From: Pseudomonadota bacterium
Lineage (GTDB): Bacteria; Myxococcota_A; Polyangia; Fen-1088
NCBI GenBank assembly: GCA_031407985.1
Contig: JANOJB010000130.1
Coordinates: 9,045-73,044 of the forward strand
Reading direction: 5' to 3'
Length of the DNA: 64,000 nt
The translations under genes were made by a program, and so were the position numbers. Position 1 is the stretch's first letter. Every line of letters begins with the position of its first letter. Below the pieces are notes generated by a model. The model worked only from the letters and a program-made list of their open reading frames with translations. It was not told where the DNA came from and made no database searches. Of this stretch, positions 32,801-40,181 are shown one piece after another.

Positions 32801-34374
32801 AACGCGGCCAACGCAATCTGCAATGCGCTGGCCTGATCGCCGGCATCGGTATCCAAGAGCTTGGTGAGGCGCTTCATGCGCGCTTGCCGGTCCTCGAACG
32901 ACTGCGTGTGTTGCAGCTGAACCAACAAGACCTGCGCCAAAGCCCCAATGACGTTCGATTTCTCGTAGATCGGAATCAGCGCTTCCGCAGCAACCACGTT
33001 CTGAGCATCGAGAGAAAGGGCCTTCTCAAAAGCCTTCTGAGCGCGGTCGGCTTTCCCCAGCCGATCACGATAGATCTCGCCAATCTTGTTCCACAGCCCC
33101 AAGCGCGCTGTGTCTTCCTCGGTTTCCGATTGGCGCTCGAGCACGCGCACCAGTTCATCCCACTTTCCCTGCGCGGCGTAGAACTGCTCCAACGCGTTCC
33201 AGTCTCGCTGCTGAAGGTACAGTTTCTTCAGAGCATCCTGAGCCCGCCGGTTGTCGGGCTCGCTCGCAAGCAATGCCTGCCAGGCTCCTGTCGCCTTGTC
33301 GGGAGAATTCACCTTCTCGGTGTAGAGAATTCCAAGTTTCACGAGGAGCGCTGACTGTTTGGCCGTATCTCCGTCGTGCAATACAACCTGGCGCTGAAGA
33401 ACATCGCCCAGTTCGTTCCAGGCTTTTTCCCTCTCGTAGAGCTTCTCAAGTTCGGCGAGTGCTTCGGCACTGGCCGGATCATCCTCCAGCACCTGCTTCC
33501 AGAGCTCGATTGAGACGACCGGTTTTTTCAGTTTGTCAGAGGCGAGCTTGGCGATCTCGATGCGACGCCCTCTGCGTTCGTCCACCTCGGCGATCTTCAC
33601 GATCTCTCTTTGATGGACCGCGATGAGCTTGTCCCAGTCACGGCGCTTCTCGTACATCTGTTTGAGGAAGGCCAGGGCCTGGGCGTGCTCCGGGTCGAGC
33701 TCCAACACAGTTTCAAAAGCTTTGATGGCTTCCGCTTGATTCGAAAATTTCTCAAGGAAGAGATTCGCCACCCGCAAATGGAGTGCCACTTTCTGTGAGG
33801 GATCCTCTACAACGGCAGCCTTTTTTCGAAGCAGAGAAATCAGATCAGGCCAGCGCTTCATCTGTTCGTACTGCGCCGCCAACGCCTCCGCCGCTTCGGC
33901 GTTTCCCGGCTCGATGTTCAGAATTTGGTTGAAGGCGTTAACCACCATCACGTCCAGCTTCAGCCGATCGCGGTAGATCTCAACCATCTCCATCAGGATC
34001 GGGACCTTGTCCTCGGGATTGGCCCAACTGGCCTTGTCCACCGCATCCTTCATCACTTCTATGAATGCGTTCCAGCGCTCGGCCTTCTTGTAGACCCGCG
34101 CCAGTTCACGGCGCGGTGCCCATGCTGTGGGAGCGGCCGTGACAACCTTCTTCCAGGCGTCGATCCCCTTCTCGACTGACAGCTTCTCGGCCTCAAATGC
34201 CGCGGTCGCTTGAGTCACGAGTTCGGGCGGAAAGTCGTGGACTCCGTTCGACGCACTGGCCGAGGACTCGACTTCCTTGTCCCCCTTCTCTTTCTTTCGC
34301 TTCGATTCGTTCCCCTGCTTCGACTGCTGCTCCACTTTGGCGCTCCTCCACTTCGGATCCAGACCGAGCGCCAC
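23872..34374 (-). CDS. Giant (3,500 aa) cytoplasmic TPR-repeat protein with a non-TPR C-terminal domain; GltI/AgmK-like by size and position
   Basis: Single uninterrupted 10.5-kb ORF. K/E-rich N-terminus with no signal peptide. Dozens of about 38-aa helical repeats follow, with a recurring A(I/V)E.Y..(V/I)L..DP....AL..L..LY....(R)W..L pattern. The last ~430 aa are not repetitive. The GTG at 34335 (AGGAG 7 nt upstream) is an alternative start. Confidence 0.9.
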   Translation of the reverse strand: MALGLDPKWRSAKVEQQSKQGNESKRKKEKGDKEVESSASASNGVHDFPPELVTQATAAFEAEKLSVEKGIDAWKKVVTAAPTAWAPRRELARVYKKAERWNAFIEVMKDAVDKASWANPEDKVPILMEMVEIYRDRLKLDVMVVNAFNQILNIEPGNAEAAEALAAQYEQMKRWPDLISLLRKKAAVVEDPSQKVALHLRVANLFLEKFSNQAEAIKAFETVLELDPEHAQALAFLKQMYEKRRDWDKLIAVHQREIVKIAEVDERRGRRIEIAKLASDKLKKPVVSIELWKQVLEDDPASAEALAELEKLYEREKAWNELGDVLQRQVVLHDGDTAKQSALLVKLGILYTEKVNSPDKATGAWQALLASEPDNRRAQDALKKLYLQQRDWNALEQFYAAQGKWDELVRVLERQSETEEDTARLGLWNKIGEIYRDRLGKADRAQKAFEKALSLDAQNVVAAEALIPIYEKSNVIGALAQVLLVQLQHTQSFEDRQARMKRLTKLLDTDAGDQASALQIALAAFAENPASDWAREDSARLAAISKGWPKLVEVYEAALPQIGDDSIRLPVLVTLAHAYEKELANPEIAIDRNQEILKLSPKHEEAVSALERLFVATGRFPQLLAIYDKKLELAKSKEDQLEIRFKLAGLYEDEIKQPDKAIEIYQAIVQQDATQLAALHALDRIFTGLGKWKDLVATIDREVELSADPAGIAELKYRRGQVEEQHLKDAKAAVECYRDALALVPTHEGARDALQAYLKDPEWQVAAVQVLEPIYEQTFDLPRLVEVQRIKLAREKDKAGRVQLLLRIGGLDQNLGDAEGAWDAYASAFTEDSTSQSARDSLEDLAGALDRWGPLVKLYEAALKKKLDPALERELLLVVAVAYDEKLEKSEKAVEYFRRAQEILPQDAAALVALERLYTRTERWPDLIETLRRKADLVTDPGERVAIRVRIATVWEEMLVNPGEAISAWSEVLSENPDNLQALRALDRLYSAHGEFRELADNLQRQHQLATDPAQAVELLGRLGLLREQKLGEPGAAVDTYQRVLEIEPEHPATIAALNRILPNPDYELQVAQLLEPVFRGRGDYANLVAVQEVIARHAPTPEQKIAMLAQISEAYELGLDDPERAYDALGRALAEDPLQPDIQTQMERLARALGKLDDLVQRYVALVPGISDGDLRNALHHKIARLWEVDLRKDREAADAYVAALEASPRDLAAVNALEQIYLRSGDYAQLVGLLLRKAEIVSGAAEKKELYYKSAQLYEEVLESLEKAIEVYRLVLGVDDADPVALDNLERLYIRLSLWTDLKDIYAKKADLASSPAEKKQMLYVLGQVHDRELQNPERAIETYASILDLDPEDYDAAQALDRLYQRTERWYDLLAILERQVEMAPSPEEVVSLRFRSGELWREHLNDLAHAVEAYRGVLAMDPGHEPTLRSLEALMAGTQEPVLAAQVLEPIYESAGEWDRVVAVYEVMATHVEDPVRQVDLLTRIAEIEERRLSHQSAAFEAYGRALHVDAGSQDVLAHLERLAAETNGWQKLARLYAAELEKTEDARRSVDLLLRLARIHEEETNQADESIADYQRVIGAEPDNHAALGALDRLYSRSQRWEELADVVRSEIRTARSDEERVDLTFRLAQIYELALMDMPKAIEAYRDVLGADPNHIETRASLERMFMGGTLQGEIADVLEPLYRLNQEWEKLAQIYEVQLGRLTAVEERHALLRRLAEICEQKLVDQIAAFAWWAQAVKEDPSSQLALEELLRLVRSTHQWDEYVNTLFDAASAIAEPTVRRDVLLRLAAVFENDLGDLERSEKVLVQVLSENDRDAVALESLDRIYVAQGMHENLAAVLGQRIAITDQTGDVVGLQMRLGRVSADALDDVEGAIVSYLAVLEHEPRSVEALEALERLYFRSERWVELYGIYEKLIDVAKDDEDIAACYARMAKLADEALNDRAKSVELWGRVLDLRGDDATALAGLADLHEAAGEWKELTEVLEQLVFALPEPERKIPIYKRLGRIWGEKLNKERSALESWQKVLEIDSQDVDALRAIVDNYRSAGAWEELSESLRRLIGVAQLGESGVGQTELQDLYSQLGELEGETLMRTHEAIEAWREVLEIDAHDFRALAALEKLFMQEARWEDAVDILERRAQALASPMEQVDVLMQAAALWADKIGDGGSAAEVYERILQLDASNQAASAELEQLYRQRKSWVKLIDLLLARTEFVSEPAARINLLVQVAETYEQQLDDRESAFVTLQAAFREDYSNDHVAKQLERLATTTGRWNELISDYTQVVQGITDAKQAADLWVKIARWYDSALGHVEYAIASAQQALQIESAHIGALTALQDFYRKQKKWTELVAVLAKHADLEQEPPRRVELLLSLAEAYETQIGDAAQATYAYQRALDTEERCLDAINALERLYRRTQAWDRLVDVLAKKAMVVDDTDLAVRLRLQVGELWEDRLGDNDRAVEAYKEVLSVDPQNLAALKALDSLYQKTGNMEAYLENLDHQLEVSSPEGDRVEIYQRMAAVWEEQFAKTDRAADVLEKILLVDDRNQKAYRDLERIYAQDKKWENLVDTYRKHILITNDQNERIDLHTKTGHVLENELRDLERAIDAYNDALNFEPNHVGALSGLARLYEETEQWERAVDVMRRLVAMSTDAKQKVDLNYHLGKIHDEQLRAPETAEEFLVEALAQDPTHVPSMLSLLALYRRRGDWLKAAQLMVRAEASTQNPLEKTRLLNEAARIYQEKLDDENLATQLYARVIELDPEHVETAEPLSELYFKRKEWAPLVPLMETLARKAGKKTNREMTQLYHRLAKAADQIGDSEKALKYYKQSYDLDATYLPTLLDRAALLYKLEHWDDAFRIYQTILVHHRDSQKDEDIVDLFFRLGRIKLKLGERTKAVNMFEKALEIHGGHRPTIAALIDLYSESNDWEAVIKQKRALLGASHEVDEKFAINEQIAGIYKDKLNNPQKAIAAHLEALDLKPGERQLLHNLLDLFSETKQWKKAIEILSKLADLEQGKVKARFLVAAGNIANYELHSTDDAVEFYNQALDADPDDLKAFERIDKIMTAKKDWRNQERSYRKMIKRLGADPAPDKRPTQIALWHALGEIYRSRLKDIKSATAAFEVAVSLDKDAMPRHQILAELYQMSGPDTYDKAVHEYRFLVKNTQDFGEMALYMKTLRRLFMEMQLYDRSWCVTAALAFLRKADPEEQQFFDQYRPKGFVRARARLTEELWQKNIYHPDEDRFISHIFATVSQAVAAAYAKEHKDWGLKRKDRRDVQNDQLLFSKVFSYLVQVMGVPQPELFLRPESPGELDLANAREKAQLIPSFVVGASLLQGRPEKELAYVTSKKLTFMRPDHFVRWPTVVPTLAQLRVVFLAALKLSQPAFTVKPDLVQPVSQYVDLLRKMVPPQMMEQLSVVVQRFMGSKVEADLTRWATAVDYTATRAGFLMCNDIDVAARLVQSEPVAVGVAEPKDKIRDLLQWSISDEYFTVREHLGLVIG

Positions 34375-34705
34375 TCAGAACCCGAGGCAATCCAGCGGGG
34401 GCGGGTTACGTCCGCCCCGGTCGGCGCCACGGCTAAGCCGGCGACACGGAACACGAAAACGGGTCCGTTTTATAACACGGAAACGACCCAGGAAGACGCG
34501 AGGAAGGAAGAGGGAGGTCTCCTTCGGGCTTTACAGGAGAATGGAACTGCCCGAGCCAATGGGGACCCCGGCTGGTGGCTAGGGAGCCAGCCAACTACTG
34601 CGGATCGTGGCGCGAGGCCCGCGCAAGTCGGCCGGAGCACCTATGGTTGCTTGACAGGACGCATCCGCCTGTGTGGAGTAGCGCGCCCCGCTCAACGGAT
34701 GACTC

Positions 34706-35605
34706 TTACGGCCCGGAGAGTGCGTACAACTTGTCGTTGGCAGCTTTGATGTAACCCGCGCCGCCTTCTTTTCCGCCTCCGGTTGCGACAAATTTCTTCA
34801 GGTATTCTTGGGCCTTTTCCTTGTGGTCTGCGGCATGATCCGCATCGTACCAGTCGGAGAAAGTCATCCCGGCATTGTAGACAGCATCGAAGAGTTCGGG
34901 ATCCAACTCCATGGCGGCCTTCAACTCCTTGGCCGCCTGTTCGAACTGCTTAAGGTTCTTCAGGGCCACGCCGTAGCCATTATGACAAGCGGCGTCGTCA
35001 TCCTTCGCGAGGACACACTGAGAAAAGACCTGGGCGGCCTCTTTGTCGAAATCATAGTCGAGGTACAGATAGCCCAATTCAATATAAGGTTTCGCGAAGC
35101 GTGTATTGGCTTCGATTGCCTTCCGAAATGCGTCGTCCGCAGGCTTTGGGCGATCGAGGTACTTGTAGACCGCACCCAGGCGCCACCACGCTTTGAATAA
35201 CTTCGAATCGGCGCTGGTAGCGGCCAGAAAGGCTTTTTCGGCTTGATCGAGCTTCTTGGACTCAAGGTACGCTTCGCCAAGATCGTATTGGAAGTTGGCA
35301 TTGGTGGGAGATCTTTGTGCAGCCGATTCGAATGCCTCTGCCGCCTGGTCCCACTTGCGCTGCTTCTGGAGGACCTTACCTAGGTTGTAATAGGCAAGGT
35401 CATAGGTGGGATCGGTCTGGATGGCCTGCTTCAGGTCCTTCTCGGCGGTGTCGTAGAGGTTGTTCCTGAAGGCCTCGGCTCCACGGTTGGCGAGTTCGAT
35501 CGCCTTGATCCGCTGTTGACTACAAACGAATCCCTCGCAGGCGGGAAGGATGAGACCGAACAGGAGAACGACGACCTTGGGCGAAAGCAATCTGGACATC
35601 GACAT
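34706..35605 (-). CDS. TPR-repeat lipoprotein
   Basis: MSMSRLLSPKVVVLLFGLILPAC lipobox, followed by about 6 TPR units (AYYNLGKVLQKQRKWDQAAEAFESA...). Starts 3 nt after the upstream stop. Confidence 0.85.
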   Translation of the reverse strand: MSMSRLLSPKVVVLLFGLILPACEGFVCSQQRIKAIELANRGAEAFRNNLYDTAEKDLKQAIQTDPTYDLAYYNLGKVLQKQRKWDQAAEAFESAAQRSPTNANFQYDLGEAYLESKKLDQAEKAFLAATSADSKLFKAWWRLGAVYKYLDRPKPADDAFRKAIEANTRFAKPYIELGYLYLDYDFDKEAAQVFSQCVLAKDDDAACHNGYGVALKNLKQFEQAAKELKAAMELDPELFDAVYNAGMTFSDWYDADHAADHKEKAQEYLKKFVATGGGKEGGAGYIKAANDKLYALSGP

Positions 35606-35608
35606 GGC

Positions 35609-37771
35609 CTACTCTCCGCCGCCAGCCGGGGTGAGAACGAACGGATACGAGACGATGACAATTCCGCCGCCGAGTGGCTTCGGAAACTCCCAGCGGCGAA
35701 CGGCTTGAACGGTGCAGTTTTCTACGCGGGCGTTCCCCATGGTCGAGTTCTGGAGAACCGACGCGATAACCTGACCCGAGGCCGCGATGGTGAATTGCAC
35801 CATGATACGACCGCCCAATTCGGGCTTTTTCGTCAACTCCTGCTCGTAGCAGTACTTCACTTCGTTGATGTGGCGCCGAATGATGCGGCGGATGATTTCC
35901 TTGTCCAACGATCCACGCACGTTGGCCTGGCCAGGAATGACATCGGGAGCGCGGGCCCTGCGACCACCAAGGCCACCGGCACCACGACCGTAGCCAGAAC
36001 CGTTGCCACCACCGCCTCCCTTTCCAATTGTCCCTAGGTTGCCCAGTCCGATCGTTCCCTCGCCCGTGCCCCCACCACCAGAACCGGTGCCAACCAACCC
36101 AAGACCGCCGACGCCGTATGCTTCGCCGATTTGGTTGCCGATGAGACCCCCGAGCACGTCGGAGGCATCATTGCCCAGGGCCGAATCACGGCCAAAGATC
36201 GAAGCGATGTGGGATCCCTCAGTCTGCTTCAGAACCCCCAAGATGCCGGCGTTCTTTGCCTGCTCCTCCGCCAACTTCTTGGCCAAGTGCGGGTCGGGAT
36301 TGTCCTTCGGACCCTTTAGACCGTAGAGGCCCTCCTTGTTCTTGGAGGTCTTCTTCCCCATCTTTCCTTCCTCCCCCTTGTGCCGCTTCCCCTTCCCCCC
36401 CTGCTCTTCGTTCTTTTTGGATTTCAGCCACTCCGGGATTTCTTCCTCTTTCTCCTCCGGCGGCTTGATAAGGAACTTCACAAAGCGGTTGTCGGAGTTG
36501 AAGAGGTCAAGAGACAGAGATTTCGGATCCGGCGGAACCGAAAAAATCATCAACAGGAACAACAAAAGTGCAACAGCAGAACCGACCGTATAGACCTGCT
36601 CGTTCCATTTCCAGACCATGAACGGAACTTCCAGAACTCGAGGGCGATTGGTGGCAGTAACCAAGAAGGTAGTCTCGCCGCAGTCAAGCCGCGCATAACC
36701 AGAGGGCGGCAGAGAGAAACTCGACCCACGCTGCTGCACGAAATTGGCGAGGGGGTAGGACTGGCCATCGACAAGCACCTCTCCCCCCATGCGAGGGGTT
36801 ACGTTGACGACGTAATCCATGCCTGTGGCCGCTACTAGAGGGTGTGCAGGGGAAGGCACAAACTCCGGATCGACCGGCGCGTCGGCATTCGCCTCAGAAC
36901 CAATGATAAAGTTCGGATTGGTCTTGCCCCGGCGCTTGAGTCCCATGTAGGCGAGGACGACGCTCGCAAACAAACCTCCGAAGACGACGGCATCCATCCC
37001 AACGCTGCGGGTCTTCCAGGAAAACTGCTTGGAGTCTTTCCCAGTCGCCTGCCACGCTTCGTAGGCCTCCTTCTCGGAACCGACATCCATCGCCGTGGCG
37101 ACAAACATGATCAGAGCGATTGCCGCGACGGCTATACCGGCGAAAAGCATACCGGTGCCCGCGCCGTGCGTGTTCTTGCCCTCGGGATTCGAAAGCACTC
37201 GGGCATTTGTCACAACGCCTCGGAAGATGGTCTGGACCTCGACCGCACGGGTTCCGTCGGCCATCTCGACTTCGGCCGAAGCGGCGTGGGCACCGCCAAA
37301 CCCAGCGGGGCCAGAATGCGCCGGGGCCGGGTAGCCTTGTTGTGCCGGCGGCTGGGCGTAGGCGACCGGCGGCGGAGCAAAGCTCGGGGCGGGAGCCTGG
37401 GCGCGGCCGGACCGAGCCTGGGGGTACGCAGCCGCTGGAACTGGGGTAGTCTCGGCGGAAGGGGAAAGGAACGTCACGACGACGCGCGCGTCTCCAAACA
37501 TTATCTCATCACCTGACTGAACCCGGGTCTTGGTGATTCGCTCGCCGTTGACTGTCGTACCGCGGGTAGATCCGAGGTCGATCAGGGAGACGCCGTCCGG
37601 ACCCGCAATCTCGATGACGGCATGCATGCGAGACACCGTCTCGTCGTCGATACGAAGGTGCGAGGACGCGAGCTTTCCCACCTTGATGACGTCCTGATTT
37701 AGGACCTCCTCGCGAACCAATTCGTCCCCTCTGAAGATCTGAAACTTGAGGGGAAGTCTTGCGTCGGCCAT
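35609..37771 (-). CDS. FHA-domain, 3-TM protein with a Gly-rich linker and an AgmX/PglI-type (TonB-C-like) C-terminal domain; GltG/AgmX-like
   Basis: N-terminal FHA (VIKVGKLASSHLRIDDETVSRMHAVIEI...LIDLGSTRGTTVNGERI). Pro-rich spacer, then a TM hairpin, a second FHA-like segment (FIIGSEANADAPV...VLVDGQSY) and a third TM. K/E-rich and GGxG-rich linkers follow. Tail: LDKEIIRRIIRRHINEVKYCYEQEL...VENCTVQAVRRWEFPKPLGGGIVIVSYPFVL. AGGAGA RBS. Confidence 0.85.
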   Translation of the reverse strand: MADARLPLKFQIFRGDELVREEVLNQDVIKVGKLASSHLRIDDETVSRMHAVIEIAGPDGVSLIDLGSTRGTTVNGERITKTRVQSGDEIMFGDARVVVTFLSPSAETTPVPAAAYPQARSGRAQAPAPSFAPPPVAYAQPPAQQGYPAPAHSGPAGFGGAHAASAEVEMADGTRAVEVQTIFRGVVTNARVLSNPEGKNTHGAGTGMLFAGIAVAAIALIMFVATAMDVGSEKEAYEAWQATGKDSKQFSWKTRSVGMDAVVFGGLFASVVLAYMGLKRRGKTNPNFIIGSEANADAPVDPEFVPSPAHPLVAATGMDYVVNVTPRMGGEVLVDGQSYPLANFVQQRGSSFSLPPSGYARLDCGETTFLVTATNRPRVLEVPFMVWKWNEQVYTVGSAVALLLFLLMIFSVPPDPKSLSLDLFNSDNRFVKFLIKPPEEKEEEIPEWLKSKKNEEQGGKGKRHKGEEGKMGKKTSKNKEGLYGLKGPKDNPDPHLAKKLAEEQAKNAGILGVLKQTEGSHIASIFGRDSALGNDASDVLGGLIGNQIGEAYGVGGLGLVGTGSGGGGTGEGTIGLGNLGTIGKGGGGGNGSGYGRGAGGLGGRRARAPDVIPGQANVRGSLDKEIIRRIIRRHINEVKYCYEQELTKKPELGGRIMVQFTIAASGQVIASVLQNSTMGNARVENCTVQAVRRWEFPKPLGGGIVIVSYPFVLTPAGGGE

Positions 37772-37869
37772 ATCGCGTCTCCTGGTTCAGGTCCGTGGTT
37801 CGAGGTCGGGATCCGGTAGCTTTCGAAAATGGGAAAGCTGGCTATCGGAGGTTGCCTAGGTCATGTCGT

Positions 37870-38181
37870 CTAGATGTCTTCAAGCGACTTCAACATTTCG
37901 GGAATGAAGTCCTTGCGAATTTCGATAAGGCTCGAGTGCTCCGTCTTCTTGAGGGCATTGACGAGTTCTCCGTCTGGTCGCTGCAGGTCGCCCTCGACCA
38001 TGTCGTCTTCAAAGTCGTATACAGTCTTCGCCTTGTAGGTGGTGTTTTCGTCGCCACCCGGGGCGGCGGCGCCAGCAGCCGGTGCAGCAGCAGCCGGTGC
38101 CTTCTCGTCAGCTGCCCTGACCGGACCGGCCAGGACAAGGGTCAGTCCAACGACAAGGGCGAATCTTGCGATTACTCTCAT
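37870..38181 (-). CDS. Small secreted protein (103 aa), in the position of GltF
   Basis: ATG at 38181 preceded by AGGAGAA. Signal peptide MRVIARFALVVGLTLVLAGPVRA, an Ala/Pro-rich stretch, then an acidic YDFEDDMVEGDLQRPDGE motif. Confidence 0.6.
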   Translation of the reverse strand: MRVIARFALVVGLTLVLAGPVRAADEKAPAAAAPAAGAAAPGGDENTTYKAKTVYDFEDDMVEGDLQRPDGELVNALKKTEHSSLIEIRKDFIPEMLKSLEDI

Positions 38182-38321
38182 GAGGTTCTCCTGGCTGTTG
38201 GTGGCTAGGCTTGCGGAAGCCATGTCCCGGCGAGATAGACAACTTCGAGCGCCTTGGGTTCCCGGTTTGTGATGGGTTTCCCCACGACGGGGAGGAATAC
38301 CCACCTCCCGGCGAACACTCG

Positions 38322-40169
38322 CTATTTCTTCTTCTTCTTCTTGCCCTTACCAGGGTCAACGGTTCCGTCGGCTGACTGGGCCTCCGTTTTGCCCTCTACC
38401 CCAGATGCTGGAGGCGCCGCCGCACCGGCGGCTCCCGGAGGAGTGCCACTGCCGCCCGCAGACGGAGGCTGAGTTCCGGCCGGCACAGTCGCCGATCCCT
38501 TTGCACCGGGTGCCTGGGCAGCCTCCTTCGCACCAGCAGCACCCTTTGCAGGCGGGGCAGCGGCGGCGTCATTCGCGCCAGCAGCACCCGCGCCGGCGGA
38601 ATCGGTCTTGGCTTTGGCCTCGGCCGCCTCCATCTTCTTCATTTCCTCTTCCATCTTCTTCTGCTGCTCTTCGGCCTTTCGCTGCATCTCCTCGGACTCG
38701 GCCTGCATCTTGGCCGCCTCCGCCAAGGCTACGTAGATTTCGTCGATATCCTTGATTCTCTTCTCGGCGTCCTTTCGGAAGAGCTCGGGGGTATTGCCAC
38801 CGGCCTTCGACAAAAATTGCCGGTAGTACTCTTGCGCCTTCTGAAGAACGGGCTTGTCTCCACCTTTGTAGTCTTGATAGAGCAGACCCAGATTGAAGTA
38901 GCTCGCCGGGTTTGATGAATCGAGTTTTTGCGCCGCGTGGTACTGCGCCTCGGCGTCATCGATCTTCTTGTTCCCGCGGAGAGCTACACCGAGGCCGATG
39001 GCTGCCTCGTAGTTCTTGGGCTGCATGCCAATGACGGAACGAAAGTTCTCCTCGGCTGTCTTGTAGTCGCGGTTGTTGAGCGAAAGCGCCGCAAGATTCA
39101 AGCGGGCCTCCGCCAATTTCGGATTCATTTCGACGGCCTTCTTGAACTGGCCGATGGCGGGGCTGATCTTCTTGCGCTTGAGCTCGACGAGACCGAGGGT
39201 GTTGAAGACGAGGGCGAGGCTTTCCTTCATACCCTGGGTGTACCCTGTGCCCTCGCCGGCCACGTTTACCTCTTTGGCCAACTTGCCGTCATCTTCCTCT
39301 GCGCTGTCGGCCTTCTTGGCCTTCTTTCCCTTCTTTGCGCCCTTTTCGCCCCCACCTTTTTCTTCGGTCTTCTCCTCGTCGAACTTGCCGGTCGCAATTT
39401 CCTCGCCCTTCTTGATGGCCTGGTTGCCGACCAGCTTGGCCATCTCCAGCATGTTCATGTCGTAGTAGATGAAAGCCAGGGTCGCGAAGGCCTGAAGGTT
39501 GTTGCTGTCCAGCGCCAGGACCGTGCGAAGGTGCGTGACGGCTTGGCCGATATAGCCCTTTTTTTCGCCGTCCGAGGAAGCACGACGAGCCCGGTCGCGA
39601 AGCAACTGGGCGATGTTGTTCCTCGCCTCTATTGTGTGGAGAGGATCCACCTCGACCGCACGGCTGAACATCGATTCGGCACGTCCGGTATCCCCCTTGC
39701 GCCACGCCACGTACCCAAGATTCGTGATCGCGGGACCGTATTTGGGCATTTTTTCCCAGATACGAACGGCGTCATCCTCCTGGCCGCATTCCTGCAACAC
39801 CGCCCCTTGATTGAATCGGGCCTCGACCAGATTGGGACTGGAATCCGCCACCTTGCCGAAGGAAGAAGACAAGCTGTCACACTGATCGCCGACCTTTCCA
39901 CCCTTTCGGGCGGCCTGGTAGCGAGCCATGACCTTTTCGAACTCCGCGCGATCTTCCTCGGAAATGTCGCGTTTCTTGACCTTGACCAATTGTTCCGCAC
40001 CAGCCGTCGAGATCTTGCTGCTGCTCGCACCTGAAAGACCGGATTCGGGCTTTCCTCCACCTTCCGACGCGGCCGTTTCCGCACCCGGCGTCTGGGTACC
40101 TCCGCAGCCAGCCAGCCACAGGCCGGAGACGGCGGTCAGGGCAAACCAACTTGTCTTCTGGATGATCAT
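38322..40169 (-). CDS. TPR-repeat lipoprotein with a coiled-coil, low-complexity C-terminus and poly-Lys tail; GltE/AglT-like
   Basis: Lipobox LWLAGC. TPR units lie on both sides of a K/E/G-rich insert. The C-terminus has MQRKAEEQQKKMEEEMKKMEAAEAKAK, an A/G/P-rich tract and ends GKGKKKKKK, encoded by (ttc)n at 38325-38342. Confidence 0.8.
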   Translation of the reverse strand: MIIQKTSWFALTAVSGLWLAGCGGTQTPGAETAASEGGGKPESGLSGASSSKISTAGAEQLVKVKKRDISEEDRAEFEKVMARYQAARKGGKVGDQCDSLSSSFGKVADSSPNLVEARFNQGAVLQECGQEDDAVRIWEKMPKYGPAITNLGYVAWRKGDTGRAESMFSRAVEVDPLHTIEARNNIAQLLRDRARRASSDGEKKGYIGQAVTHLRTVLALDSNNLQAFATLAFIYYDMNMLEMAKLVGNQAIKKGEEIATGKFDEEKTEEKGGGEKGAKKGKKAKKADSAEEDDGKLAKEVNVAGEGTGYTQGMKESLALVFNTLGLVELKRKKISPAIGQFKKAVEMNPKLAEARLNLAALSLNNRDYKTAEENFRSVIGMQPKNYEAAIGLGVALRGNKKIDDAEAQYHAAQKLDSSNPASYFNLGLLYQDYKGGDKPVLQKAQEYYRQFLSKAGGNTPELFRKDAEKRIKDIDEIYVALAEAAKMQAESEEMQRKAEEQQKKMEEEMKKMEAAEAKAKTDSAGAGAAGANDAAAAPPAKGAAGAKEAAQAPGAKGSATVPAGTQPPSAGGSGTPPGAAGAAAPPASGVEGKTEAQSADGTVDPGKGKKKKKK

Positions 40170-40181
40170 CGTCGGGTCTCC

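Noticed and set aside
24583-33626. Many 100-300 aa + strand ORFs across the giant TPR gene
   Set aside because: They are antisense to a continuous 10.5-kb ORF with clear repeat structure. Their composition (L/V/R/Q-rich mirrors of TPR codons) is typical of shadow ORFs.
34210-34749. 179-aa + strand ORF and other ORFs in the 331-nt operon gap
   Set aside because: They have Arg/Pro/Gly-rich junk composition and no RBS, and they overlap flanking genes. The region is treated as non-coding.
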